A stretch of 64,000 bases of DNA from the NCBI GenBank assembly GCA_963669175.1, contig OY769902.1:4960001-5024000 (forward strand), given 5' to 3'. The DNA comes from a bacterium. GTDB taxonomy: Bacteria > Electryoneota > Electryoneia > Electryoneales > Electryoneaceae. Below the pieces are notes generated by a model. It searched no databases. It saw only the letters and a program-made list of their open reading frames with translations, and was not told where the DNA came from. This document shows, piece after piece, positions 28,597-38,686 of this stretch; the first letter of the stretch is position 1; each line of letters opens with the position of its first letter. A program made the translations under genes and the position numbers.

Positions 28597-29078
28597 CTCT
28601 AGCCCGAATATTTCATGAACGGAACATGGATATTCATCTTAACACAGTTCATATCAACACAATACAACTGATTCATACAGCATTTTTCAGGGGACAGTTT
28701 GCTCCGGTATCCCTTTGCGTGTCTATTCCCTGTTTCGCTGGCAAAATAGGCTGAGAATCGGCAACCGCCCCGGCAGGGGCAACCTGTATTAGCCCCGGGC
28801 AGCCGCCGTCAGTTTGGCGGCTACCCGGGGAGATAATGCGCACCATATATTTACTCCGGAAGGAGTAACCTGATAAATATCAAAAGTATACAGTGGAAAT
28901 ATTTAGGCAACCCGCTGCCGGGGTTGGCAAGTAGCGTACATCCTATTCCCACCGTGAGCGCCAAACAGACGGCGCTGGACGGTGGGCTAATACAGAGAAC
29001 CACTGCCGTGGTTCTTGTACTGGCCATTCCATCAAATACCAAATTTGAAATTGCATTGGTGAAATATTCGGGCTAGAG
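28597..29078. mobile_element. CTAG-ended MITE carrying REP-like hairpins of the 53.5-54.4 kb family
   Basis: Perfect 19-bp inverted ends CTCTAGCCCGAATATTTCA / TGAAATATTCGGGCTAGAG; 28905-29075 is a close reverse-complement copy of 53518-53689. Confidence 0.78.
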
Positions 29079-29347
29079 AGGGTGGCTTGATCCGCAAGAG
29101 ATGATACTGCCACTCTGACTGCAGCAAATATACTCCCATTTCTTATGATTTCTTTGCTGCATTCTGAGCGCATCGGGACAAGGACTTTTAAACTTCAGAA
29201 AGATTCAAACAGGATGACTAACCTCTTTAATTTAATTAAAATAGACCGCCGCCGGGCAGTCACCTTCGCAAGCTACGGCGACTTCAAGCCGGCGGGGCCA
29301 ATAAGTTACTTTAGAACTTTGCAACTTGTAAACTTTCCAACTATTAC

Positions 29348-30643
29348 TCATTCCTTTTCCAGATGCTGAAGCGCTTCTTCTCTCATTTTTGTCAGGCGTT
29401 TCAAGTCATCCTTTTTACGGTCCATCTGGGCTTTATTCAGAGGGATAGCGTGCGCTTCTTCGGCATAGCGAATCACCGCGTTCCAGTCTTCCTGCGCGGA
29501 GGCGATTTTACCCAGGCGGTGCAAAGCCCCGATCTCCCGGACCACATTCCTGACTGGAGCGCCACGTAACGACTGGACAAACTCGTCATAGCGCGCACGC
29601 GCCCGTGTCCAGTCCTCGGCTTTAAAACAGGCTTTCCCTGCCGGTTCCAGGAAAGCGCGACATCCGGGGAAAACCAGCAGCATGGAATCCGCTATCGCCG
29701 CCGCTTCATCGTAGCGTTCTTCCTCGATCAGCAGCCAGCTCAGGTATCCCGCCGCAGCATTACGTGAATAACTGCCGGATTGCATCACCGAGCGGATATT
29801 TTCCAGCGCCTTTTCGCGGTTATCGCGTTTGAATGGTGTCCAGCCCAGTGTCTTGCTCACCCAGTAGTCGTACAGGGAAGAACTGAGCATCGCATCGGTT
29901 AGTGTGCTGTCCAGTTCATAGGCCTCACGCATGTATTTAGCGCTCTTCATCGACGGCCCAAACGCGCTGAAGGTGTGCCCATCCGACTCCGCACGAACTG
30001 CGTCCAATCCATACAAAGATCCCAGGCCGAATAGAGCAGCCGCCTTCAATTGAAGATTTTCCTGCTCTTCAGCGATTTCGACCAGATGCTCGAACAACGC
30101 TTCACTACCGGCTCGAAGCGAATCATAGTTGGCAAATGTAACAGTAGCACAGGTATTGGGTGCGATACTGTCCACTGTTGGTTCTACAGGATCACAGAAG
30201 AAAACCTCGACAGGTTGTGCCAGGGCTGTGGTATCTCCAATGTCGGAATAGCGTGTCAAATAATAGGCGCTGGCAATCACGAACGGCCAGCAGGAATTGT
30301 CAATCGTACAACGGGAAAGATTCCTGAAAGGCGCTGGCGAGACTGAATCGCATGGCGAAAAACAACTTCGCGCCAATTCGAACCAGTCAGAGAACATGGC
30401 CGTTGAATAGTATTCCAGTACTGTAAAAGGCACATATCCGGCTCCATCATCTTGTGAAGCCTCGATAACTGGATCAAAGGGGAAGTTTTGCGAAAAAGGA
30501 GTGCAAATTTCCGGAGATTTTACCCGGAAAGCGGTGAAATACAAGTGTTCCTGCTCGTTGTCCCGGGAAGCAAATACAGAACCCTGAGCCAACAGAAACA
30601 AAATCAATATAACTACTACGTTTTTTCTCGAATACTTTATCAT
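29348..30643 (-). CDS. secreted TPR-like protein
   Basis: Signal peptide; helical repeats in the C-terminal half. Confidence 0.75.
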   Translation of the reverse strand: MIKYSRKNVVVILILFLLAQGSVFASRDNEQEHLYFTAFRVKSPEICTPFSQNFPFDPVIEASQDDGAGYVPFTVLEYYSTAMFSDWFELARSCFSPCDSVSPAPFRNLSRCTIDNSCWPFVIASAYYLTRYSDIGDTTALAQPVEVFFCDPVEPTVDSIAPNTCATVTFANYDSLRAGSEALFEHLVEIAEEQENLQLKAAALFGLGSLYGLDAVRAESDGHTFSAFGPSMKSAKYMREAYELDSTLTDAMLSSSLYDYWVSKTLGWTPFKRDNREKALENIRSVMQSGSYSRNAAAGYLSWLLIEEERYDEAAAIADSMLLVFPGCRAFLEPAGKACFKAEDWTRARARYDEFVQSLRGAPVRNVVREIGALHRLGKIASAQEDWNAVIRYAEEAHAIPLNKAQMDRKKDDLKRLTKMREEALQHLEKE

Positions 30644-30692
30644 GAAAAATCCGGCAATACTGCTTCACCACAAGCCAGGTGTTTTGCCCTCA

Positions 30693-32198
30693 TCAATCCA
30701 TCCGGTTGGGAGCATTCCAGAAGAAGCGAACAAGGGCAAGATCTGTCCCCAGCCAAACCCAGTCTCCCTCGGGCATAATATCAAACACGATCCGTCCGGG
30801 CAATCCTTCTTTCCTGCTGTAACGTACAACCTTAAATGGTTCCGGCTGAAATTTCACCAGTCCCATATCCGTCCCCAACCACCAGAAACCGCCAAATCGC
30901 TCGATGGAATATACACTACCGTTACGATACATATCTGCCGGGAGAGTCTGCCAGTCACGATCCCCCTTCTGCTTCCAGGCGAATCCTGTGTAGTCGGCGA
31001 TAGCCATCCAGCCATCTTCAACATACAATGCTGTTGGCGCAGATGTTGATGCGACACTCAACGGTGTCTGCCTTGCGACCCAACTGCCATCAGGATCCAG
31101 TCGCCATAATGCACCGATGGTTGCGGCCCAGACAGTGTCGCCATCGGCATGGACCTGGGTAAAGGGTGAGTTGGCCGGAACGGGATACAGGGTTGCATCC
31201 GGGTTAAACGCAATAAAAGACTCACTGCCGATCATCGACAACCCATTTTCTGTTGCCACCCAGGCATTCGGGCCGACTACTGCGATATCTCGAATCCTGT
31301 TCCTGGGTAATCCCTGCTTACGAGTGACATGACGCCATTCATCGTTACGATAGTACATTACCCCTTCAGAAGTAGCGATCCAGACAGTGCCATCCGGGCC
31401 AAGCTCCAACTGGGTTACCTCACCGGGCTCAAGGCCATATTCAATGCCCGGCGCCAGGAATTGCCAGGCATTACCCTCACGTGGTCGTTTCCACACCCAT
31501 CCACGATCATTGGTCAGATGATTTGCCACCCACACATTGTCGTAGTCAACCGCCAATCCCATGGCCGGACCGGGACCACCGGGGTACAATTCAATCCGTT
31601 GCGTATATTTGTCACATACTCCAAAGCCGAATCCCTTCCACGCGAACACCATTAATCCGCGTTCGTCTTCCGCGCCGAATTCGAATTCCCATTCTTCAAA
31701 CTTGTATTTCAATGCGCGCTTGGGGGTAATGCTGTACCCATGCGGTAATATCATGCCCTGTTCCGGCTTGGCCTGAACCGGCTTACTCTGACCGATTCTC
31801 GCCATCAAGGATTCATCCGGCACCGCTATCGAGTCCCATAGCGCACTGCTATTTTCACGTTTAAACCAACCATGAGTGGTAAAGACATAAAGATCACTGG
31901 TGAGGGGATCTTCGAGTACGTTATAACAATCCGTCAGCAGGTAATTCCGTCCCAGGTGTCCGGGTACGCTGAACCATGGATAGAGCCACTGGTACGTATC
32001 ACGATCAAGCCGATGAACACCGGCTCCTGTTGCAAAAAAGACCTCCTGACGTCCGATGACGATGTTATGGACATCACGAGCATCTCCCCACGCCATCCAG
32101 TCACCCTCTTCGAATTGGGTTTGCGCGAAACAGGTGGAAGGGGGGACGGCTAGAAGCAGAAAGAGATAAGCCAGATTACGGTATGTCAGCATCTGCAA
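30693..32198 (-). CDS. secreted beta-propeller protein
   Basis: Repeated VW(I/V)ATxxG and GLP.. motifs; signal peptide. Confidence 0.78.
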   Translation of the reverse strand: MQMLTYRNLAYLFLLLAVPPSTCFAQTQFEEGDWMAWGDARDVHNIVIGRQEVFFATGAGVHRLDRDTYQWLYPWFSVPGHLGRNYLLTDCYNVLEDPLTSDLYVFTTHGWFKRENSSALWDSIAVPDESLMARIGQSKPVQAKPEQGMILPHGYSITPKRALKYKFEEWEFEFGAEDERGLMVFAWKGFGFGVCDKYTQRIELYPGGPGPAMGLAVDYDNVWVANHLTNDRGWVWKRPREGNAWQFLAPGIEYGLEPGEVTQLELGPDGTVWIATSEGVMYYRNDEWRHVTRKQGLPRNRIRDIAVVGPNAWVATENGLSMIGSESFIAFNPDATLYPVPANSPFTQVHADGDTVWAATIGALWRLDPDGSWVARQTPLSVASTSAPTALYVEDGWMAIADYTGFAWKQKGDRDWQTLPADMYRNGSVYSIERFGGFWWLGTDMGLVKFQPEPFKVVRYSRKEGLPGRIVFDIMPEGDWVWLGTDLALVRFFWNAPNRMD

Positions 32199-32312
32199 TC
32201 CCGTTAAAAGGTTGTAACGCTGTGATAAAACCTGACAACTGAGGCCGGATACGTTGTATTGTCTTTTTTGATACCCGGAAAAAAGGATTTGGTTCCTTTC
32301 TCCAGGCCATGA

Positions 32313-32705
32313 TCACGGGTTTTCTCTATACGCATTTACGATTGCAGTCGCAAATTTGCCCTCATGCGAAATCGACACATGGAAAATAGGACACTGGTGA
32401 TGTTTGGCGGCTTCATCGGTCAATGTGACCTGCGGCTGGCCTTTGTCGTTATGAGAAACTTCTATCTCCCGCCAGCCCAGTTCATTTCCGAAACCACAAC
32501 CCAATGCCTTTGCCACAGCTTCTTTCACCGCCCAGATGCCTGCCATATGAGAAGCGCGGAATACGCCTGTTCCTGTAGAAGCCAGCTCCTTTTCGCTGAA
32601 GATGCGTGATAAGAACCGTTCATCCTCAAGCTTCTCTTCAAAGCGTTGAATACGAACCAGGTCAATCCCAACACCAACTGGAACAAGCATGTGAACGTCC
32701 TTCAT
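32313..32705 (-). CDS. acpS: holo-ACP synthase
   Basis: GVGIDLV, WAVKEAVAKALG, VSISHE. Confidence 0.93.
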   Translation of the reverse strand: MKDVHMLVPVGVGIDLVRIQRFEEKLEDERFLSRIFSEKELASTGTGVFRASHMAGIWAVKEAVAKALGCGFGNELGWREIEVSHNDKGQPQVTLTDEAAKHHQCPIFHVSISHEGKFATAIVNAYRENP

Positions 32706-32773
32706 GGCAATACTCCACTGGTTGTGTTCCCGGGAACACTCATGAACAGATGACGAGAGTACGTATGGTCTGA

Positions 32774-33481
32774 CTATACCCAACGTTCCACCAAGGCTAT
32801 AATTTCCTTGACATCTTCTACAACCGCATCTGCTACCTGATGCGCCTGTTCCTGCGGGACTTCACTGCCATACATGGCGTGCACGGTTTTCATGCCCAGC
32901 TTCTTCGCACCGATGACATCACGCTCAACCCAGTCCCCAACCATCAGGCACTGTTCCGGTTTCAGGTTGAGCTTTTTCAACACTGTTTTAAACGGTTTCG
33001 GGGAAGGCTTCCATTCCCCGGTATCATCAAAAGTGACTACCGTATCAAACAGATCATCAATGCCAAGGTAACGCAAGCGTAACCAGGCCTGTATTGCAGG
33101 CGCATCCGACAGAACAGCCGTCTTCACTCCCATTCGAATCAAAGCAATTAATGTTGAACGAACATGGGGGTAAGGGACCAGCATGGATTCACGGACCCGA
33201 CGGTAGGCGACTACTCCCGCAGCCAGGATGCGCGGATCAACCTTCCCCAGAACCTCGGTCAACATCTGGTCAAAGACACGCTGAAATTCGATGCCTTCCA
33301 ACTCGTATACGTTGAACACTCTTCGCTGTATTTCATCAACGGTCAGGTTCAAGCCCGCATCAATCATGGCAATCGCGGCTTCCTCTACCGCCTTTTCCTT
33401 CATCGTCATGAAATCAAACAGGGTATTATCCAAGTCAAATACTACGCCCCGTAAACCGCCGGGTGTTCCGTCCTTGATCAT
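32774..33481 (-). CDS. HAD-IA family hydrolase
   Basis: FDLDNTL, KPSP, MVGDWVERDVIGA. Confidence 0.92.
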   Translation of the reverse strand: MIKDGTPGGLRGVVFDLDNTLFDFMTMKEKAVEEAAIAMIDAGLNLTVDEIQRRVFNVYELEGIEFQRVFDQMLTEVLGKVDPRILAAGVVAYRRVRESMLVPYPHVRSTLIALIRMGVKTAVLSDAPAIQAWLRLRYLGIDDLFDTVVTFDDTGEWKPSPKPFKTVLKKLNLKPEQCLMVGDWVERDVIGAKKLGMKTVHAMYGSEVPQEQAHQVADAVVEDVKEIIALVERWV

Positions 33482-33565
33482 CTATCAGTATCCTTTGTCG
33501 AGTGTTTTTGTTGTTACTCTTTTCTGTTTTTAATCAGTCTTGCAACTTCTAATTCATAATACTGA

Positions 33566-33840
33566 CTCTCATCCCAGCGAAGCAGACTGTATCAGAATGT
33601 CCCATACTCTCATTCCTTCGAAGGAAGGAATCCAGTCATGTTGCGATATTACAAGAGGTCAAATATCCTCAAGAAGCACGGTACATTGAAAGTCGCATAT
33701 GTGTTCAACTTGTTATTTTGTCGATACTTGCCTGGATCCCAGCCTTCGCTGGGATGAGAGCGTCAGTGATTCGACGACACCTTGCGTCGCTGGGATGAGA
33801 GTGTTTTCTATTCTGATACAGCCTGTTATGCTGGGGATGA
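33566..33840. mobile_element. MITE-like element (33583-33825) nested in a REP-like hairpin
   Basis: TIRs CAGACTGTATCAGAAT / ATTCTGATACAGCCTG; internal and flanking TCATCCCAGCGAAG-type hairpins. Confidence 0.7.
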
Positions 33841-33892
33841 TAAAATAGGACATTTTGTCCAAACCCTTTATTGATGGTTTTACAGCCAGCGC

Positions 33893-34432
33893 TTATTCCA
33901 GTCCCATTTCCACCGCTGTTTGGTAAAGCGTTCCCCAGTGCAGGCTGTGGCCGAACACCATACCGACTCCCAGCGCAATGATGGACACCATCAGTACAGA
34001 GACTTGACTATAGCGAAAGCTGCTTTCCCCCAGGCGATTCTTCACCCACAACCACACCAGGATTCCCGTACCACTTCCCAAAAGATCCATAATCCAGTCG
34101 ACAATATCTTCCAGTTCAGCCGGTCTTGCCAGAGCCTGCAAACCTTCATCAATCAGACCGAAAACCAGAACACTCAACCACAACCAGTGATAGCTGAAAC
34201 GGTTGCCAAATCTTCCAGCAACCAGAATCCCACCCATGCAATACAAACCGAAATGAACCAGTTTATCAGAAAAGGGCAATCCGGTCATGGTCGTCAGTGG
34301 AGGCGTCATTTCAGATGGCAACAATGCCATATAGATTATCAACGCACCCCACAAAACAAGGATGCAGGTCCATCCCCATTGTAGTGAGGATTCAAATTGA
34401 GAATCATCTATCCGTTCACTTTCTCTTTTCAT
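33893..34432 (-). CDS. VanZ family membrane protein
   Basis: SDKLVHFGLY, IDEGLQ, DWIMDLLG. Confidence 0.85.
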   Translation of the reverse strand: MKRESERIDDSQFESSLQWGWTCILVLWGALIIYMALLPSEMTPPLTTMTGLPFSDKLVHFGLYCMGGILVAGRFGNRFSYHWLWLSVLVFGLIDEGLQALARPAELEDIVDWIMDLLGSGTGILVWLWVKNRLGESSFRYSQVSVLMVSIIALGVGMVFGHSLHWGTLYQTAVEMGLE

Positions 34433-34436
34433 ACTG

Positions 34437-36179
34437 TTATTCGCATGGCTGGCTGATATGCGCACGTTCCTGCCAGAGAAAACGAATGATCCCCGCACGA
34501 ATCCCTTCGGCCGTTGCCTGCATGAACGCTGGATCTACTGTCAACTGTTCCTCTTCCGGGTGCATCATGAACCCGCACTCAATCAGGACCGAGGGGCAGG
34601 AAGTCAAGCGCGGAATTGCCAGATCCTGAAAACGGATGCCATTACCTTCCCAGCCAACATAATCGCAAATCGCGCGGTACAGGCTTTCCGCGTACTCCAG
34701 CGAGTGCCTGTGGTTGTAATGCAGCGAGACGCCATGATGCCGCATGGGGTTGGTGCCCTGTCCAACCGCATTGTAGTGTACACTCAGCACGAGGTCGGCC
34801 TGGTGATCTTTGGCAAACTGCACACGTTCGCGCAGTCCCATGGCACGATCGTCATCCTTGGTAAGGAAAACCGATGCGCCTGCGTTTTTCAGGACTTCTT
34901 TTATAACATTCGCCAGCACCGGCAGGGTTTCCTTTTCGGATATGCCCGTTGGTCCCACGGCGCCGGTGCTATACCCGCCATGACCCGGATCAACGACTAT
35001 CGTCATTCCCGCCAATGGCTGATCTTTGGTCATCTCAAATGCTGGCGGTTCGGTAATGGTCCAGACGAGATAATTAGCCTCGAACGTGACATCCCAGCCC
35101 CACAGGTATTCGGGATGGATGAAAGCGCGTAGCTGATAAGTTGCAGGATCAAGCTGACGCCAGCGTACTTCATCAACCACTCTGCTCCCGACCGGCTGAT
35201 GCAAAACATCTGTCCAGCCTTTCGCGCCATAGAGCGTCAGCGCCAGCATGCCATCGGCAGTTCGTTCAACACGGAACGGCATCCGGTAACAACCGACCGG
35301 AACCTGTATACGTGTGGTCCTGCCCTCATAGTCACACCTGACCACCTTGATCACGGGCGGTTCCGGCAGCGTTGCCCCGGAGTCTATTTCGCAGAATTCA
35401 TCCCGAATCCATCCCACATCGCCATCGCCCAACGGCACCCGGTACATGCGGTGACTGCTGTCACGAAAATCCGGCAGATAGCCATCGGTATACAGCAGGG
35501 TTCCCGGAACCGGGAAAAGATCATACGCGCCCGGCCAGGTGCATCGTATCACCCCATCACGCCACTCGGTCGGATGAGTTGAAATTACTCCGGAGAAAGG
35601 TATTACCGGCTGCTGTTCAGCGGCTTCCTCGGCTTCCACATCATCTGCCAGGCGGAAATAGACCGTGCGCTTCAGATCCAGCATTTCACCGTCCAGTTCC
35701 TGCGACGGCGCAACATACCGGATTGGGACCACACCATAACGACCTTCGGCCCATACGCCCGGGGAATCAACAACCTTCACCTGGTCATACCCCACCCAGG
35801 CCAGCCAGCCGCCACCGGGATGAATCGGAATAGTATCCCCGCAGATGATCAGGGTGCCGTTGATATCAGTAACATTGCCGAGCACGAACACAGAGTCTTC
35901 GGGACCGTAGGCAACAAGGCTGTCTTTCAATCCCAACTTGGGGTATATAATGGTAAAACCGGCTTCGGTACGTGGAAGTGGCTTGGGGGTATAGACCGGG
36001 TAACCTTCCTGTTCCAGCAGTGGAGTTGCTGGTTTTTGCGCCTGATCCGGCATTTCCGAAAGGGGCAATCTCTGATCAGCGGCCAGTGGAATTCGTGGCC
36101 CCGCACATCCATACAGCATCAAGGCAGAAAGAAGAATTACTATCAGTATCATCCCGTGTCTGATCCTTGAATTCTGCAT
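34437..36179 (-). CDS. N-acetylmuramoyl-L-alanine amidase (Amidase_3) lipoprotein
   Basis: Lipobox LYGC; VVDPGHGG, SVHYNA, VLIECGFM. Confidence 0.92.
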   Translation of the reverse strand: MQNSRIRHGMILIVILLSALMLYGCAGPRIPLAADQRLPLSEMPDQAQKPATPLLEQEGYPVYTPKPLPRTEAGFTIIYPKLGLKDSLVAYGPEDSVFVLGNVTDINGTLIICGDTIPIHPGGGWLAWVGYDQVKVVDSPGVWAEGRYGVVPIRYVAPSQELDGEMLDLKRTVYFRLADDVEAEEAAEQQPVIPFSGVISTHPTEWRDGVIRCTWPGAYDLFPVPGTLLYTDGYLPDFRDSSHRMYRVPLGDGDVGWIRDEFCEIDSGATLPEPPVIKVVRCDYEGRTTRIQVPVGCYRMPFRVERTADGMLALTLYGAKGWTDVLHQPVGSRVVDEVRWRQLDPATYQLRAFIHPEYLWGWDVTFEANYLVWTITEPPAFEMTKDQPLAGMTIVVDPGHGGYSTGAVGPTGISEKETLPVLANVIKEVLKNAGASVFLTKDDDRAMGLRERVQFAKDHQADLVLSVHYNAVGQGTNPMRHHGVSLHYNHRHSLEYAESLYRAICDYVGWEGNGIRFQDLAIPRLTSCPSVLIECGFMMHPEEEQLTVDPAFMQATAEGIRAGIIRFLWQERAHISQPCE

Positions 36180-36196
36180 GACTTCCTTCCGATGGG

Positions 36197-36985
36197 TTAA
36201 TCGTTTGCTTTTACAAGACGCTGATACAACAGGTAAATCCCTTCCAACACGAGATCAGGTTCTATCGCCTGAATTTCGGGCAACAGCGGTTGCATCATGT
36301 GTGCCTGACCGCCTGTGGCAATGATGGTGGCGTTGGGAGCGTTTAATTCCTCACGAATCGCTTCGATCAGACCACGAATGCCGGACGCGGTTCCACGTAA
36401 CAGACCTATTCGGATACTCTCATCGGTTGTGGTGCCAATCGCCTTGTCGGGTACATGAAAATGAACCTTGGGGAGCAACGCTGCGGCGCTATGCAACGAT
36501 TCCATGGCTGTTTCGAGACCGGGCATGATCACCCCGCCCAGGTAGCCGCCTTCATGATTGACCACATCGATGGTGATCGCCGTCCCGAAATCCAGGATCA
36601 GCAACGGGCCGCCATACTTGGCGAAACCGGCAACAGCATCACAGACACGATCCGCTCCGACAGCGCGCGGATTCCGGTACAGGTTCAGGAATCCTTCCAT
36701 CTCGCCACGGATAAAGACAGGCTTCACACCCAGATATGATTCCGCCATCTCGCCAAAGACCATCCCGGCCTTCGGGGCAACGCTGGCGATAGCAACAGCG
36801 TTCACTTCTTCCGGCTGAACCCCGGCATCACGGCACAGCATCGTAACCAGCACACCCGCTTCATCTGCCGTCCTTCCCGAACGTGTGGACAACCTGCGCC
36901 GAATGGTCAGCTTGTCTCCACGGAATATGCCCAGAACGACATGGGTGTTGCCGATATCAAGCGCCAGCAGGACAGACTCACTCAT
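36197..36985 (-). CDS. coaX: type III pantothenate kinase
   Basis: LDIGNT, VGADR, DFGTAIT, ATGG. Confidence 0.95.
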   Translation of the reverse strand: MSESVLLALDIGNTHVVLGIFRGDKLTIRRRLSTRSGRTADEAGVLVTMLCRDAGVQPEEVNAVAIASVAPKAGMVFGEMAESYLGVKPVFIRGEMEGFLNLYRNPRAVGADRVCDAVAGFAKYGGPLLILDFGTAITIDVVNHEGGYLGGVIMPGLETAMESLHSAAALLPKVHFHVPDKAIGTTTDESIRIGLLRGTASGIRGLIEAIREELNAPNATIIATGGQAHMMQPLLPEIQAIEPDLVLEGIYLLYQRLVKAND

Positions 36986-37826
36986 TGATTTCCTCGATAC
37001 TTTCGGCAGAATTGATCACCCGTGGCACACCGTTATCCTCTACCAGTAACGCCCCGGTTTCCGCGATACCACGAATTCTGCCCTCAATCGGAATGGCATC
37101 CTTGCTGTGCTTTACCCGTACATAACGCCCGACAGCGCCTGATGCCTGCAACCAGCTCTCCCTGACTTCGTCGGGATAATATTTCCACTGATCAATGCGC
37201 TTGGCAAGGTGTGGCAGAAAGGCAGTCAGCAAACCGGCGCGTGTCCAGTCAAGCTCTGCCTCTTCGGACAGTGAAGTGCCGGGATACAGCAGAAGTCGTT
37301 CCTGATCCGCCCCCAGCGGGTAAATGTTGACACCGACACCGATCACAACCACCCAACCCGCTTTCGTTTCCTGCGATTCACAAAGCACACCGGCCAGTTT
37401 ACCCCGTTCGCTGAACACATCATTCGGCCACTTCAAACGAAGCTGGACTTCTCCGCCACGCCTTCTTGCTTCCGCCTCGATGGCTTCTTTCAGAGCTAGC
37501 CCCGCCACCAACGGCAACAGCGTCACCGGTGAACGGCTGTCATTCAGTTGAACCAGAACGGAAACGTACAATCCCCCCAGCGGACTGATCCAGCGACGTT
37601 CGTGACGTCCTCGCCCGGAAGTCTGGTAATTGGCGACCAGCACAGTCCAGTCGTTATCCTGAACATCGGAAACGATGTCCATCAGATCACGATTGGTCGA
37701 TTCGGTTGATTCCTTCCACAGCACTCGCAGCATCGGCAATTTGTGGCGCAACACCGCTTCCAGACGCTTTGTATCTATCGCATCAATGGGGTGTAAGCCG
37801 TTGTGTATGGAATCAGACATATGCAT
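36978..37826 (-). CDS. birA: biotin--[acetyl-CoA carboxylase] ligase (no HTH)
   Basis: STN, QTSGRGRHERRW, KWPNDV, KLAGVLCE. Confidence 0.93.
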   Translation of the reverse strand: MHMSDSIHNGLHPIDAIDTKRLEAVLRHKLPMLRVLWKESTESTNRDLMDIVSDVQDNDWTVLVANYQTSGRGRHERRWISPLGGLYVSVLVQLNDSRSPVTLLPLVAGLALKEAIEAEARRRGGEVQLRLKWPNDVFSERGKLAGVLCESQETKAGWVVVIGVGVNIYPLGADQERLLLYPGTSLSEEAELDWTRAGLLTAFLPHLAKRIDQWKYYPDEVRESWLQASGAVGRYVRVKHSKDAIPIEGRIRGIAETGALLVEDNGVPRVINSAESIEEINE

Positions 37827-37991
37827 ACCAGGTTGACTCGCTTAAACGAACGATGCCACAAGATAACACATTGAACTCCAAAGGGCAGCACACTTACCGG
37901 AAAGATCTTCAGAAGCAATCAATAGAGAACAGGCTTGATCCATGAATTATTTCACCGGACATTGTGAATTCATTCTACGGGAGGTGACACA

Positions 37992-38684
37992 ATGCTGGGA
38001 ATCCTCGGCGGGACATCATTTAAAAACTCAGACGCTTTACAACAGGGTGAAACAATCGGGATTGCAACGCAGTATGGCACCGTCACCCTGTTCAAATCTG
38101 AACGTGTCGCATTTATTTCCCGTCATGGTCTGGACGGTCTGACCCCTCCCCATCAAGTCAACCATGCCGCCCATTTCGCGGCTTTCAAGGAAGTCGGTGT
38201 GACCCGTGTGCTTGGCTTTGGCTCCTGTGGCAGCCTGAAACCGGATCTTCCCCCGGGGACCCTGGTTATGCCGAACGACTATTTCTCGCCATTCCGGGTT
38301 GTCACCCTCAACGATGTAAAAATCGAGTACACGGTTCCGGGACTGGACATGAGCTGGCGTGGAAAAGTGATGACTGCACTACAACAGGCCGGTCTGAATC
38401 CTGTGGATGACGGTGTTTATGTGGAAACCCTGGGACCACGTTTTGAGACCCCGGCGGAGGTGCGCTGGCTGGCTACTGTCGGCGATGTGGTGGGAATGAC
38501 CTGTGCTGCTGAAGCGACAATCGCAAAGGAAATCGGACTGCCCTACTGCATCCTGAACATGATTGACAACTACGCCAATGGCTTGAGCGTTGAGCCTCTG
38601 ACCGGAGACAGTTTCCACGAACAGGTTAAAACGAACCTGGGGCGTATCGAGAAAGCGTTACAGGTGATTGTCGAAAAGACGTGA
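37992..38684 (+). CDS. MTAP/purine nucleoside phosphorylase family
   Basis: GILGGT, SRHG, GPRFETPAE, VGMT. Confidence 0.9.
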   Translation: MLGILGGTSFKNSDALQQGETIGIATQYGTVTLFKSERVAFISRHGLDGLTPPHQVNHAAHFAAFKEVGVTRVLGFGSCGSLKPDLPPGTLVMPNDYFSPFRVVTLNDVKIEYTVPGLDMSWRGKVMTALQQAGLNPVDDGVYVETLGPRFETPAEVRWLATVGDVVGMTCAAEATIAKEIGLPYCILNMIDNYANGLSVEPLTGDSFHEQVKTNLGRIEKALQVIVEKT

Positions 38685-38686
38685 GC

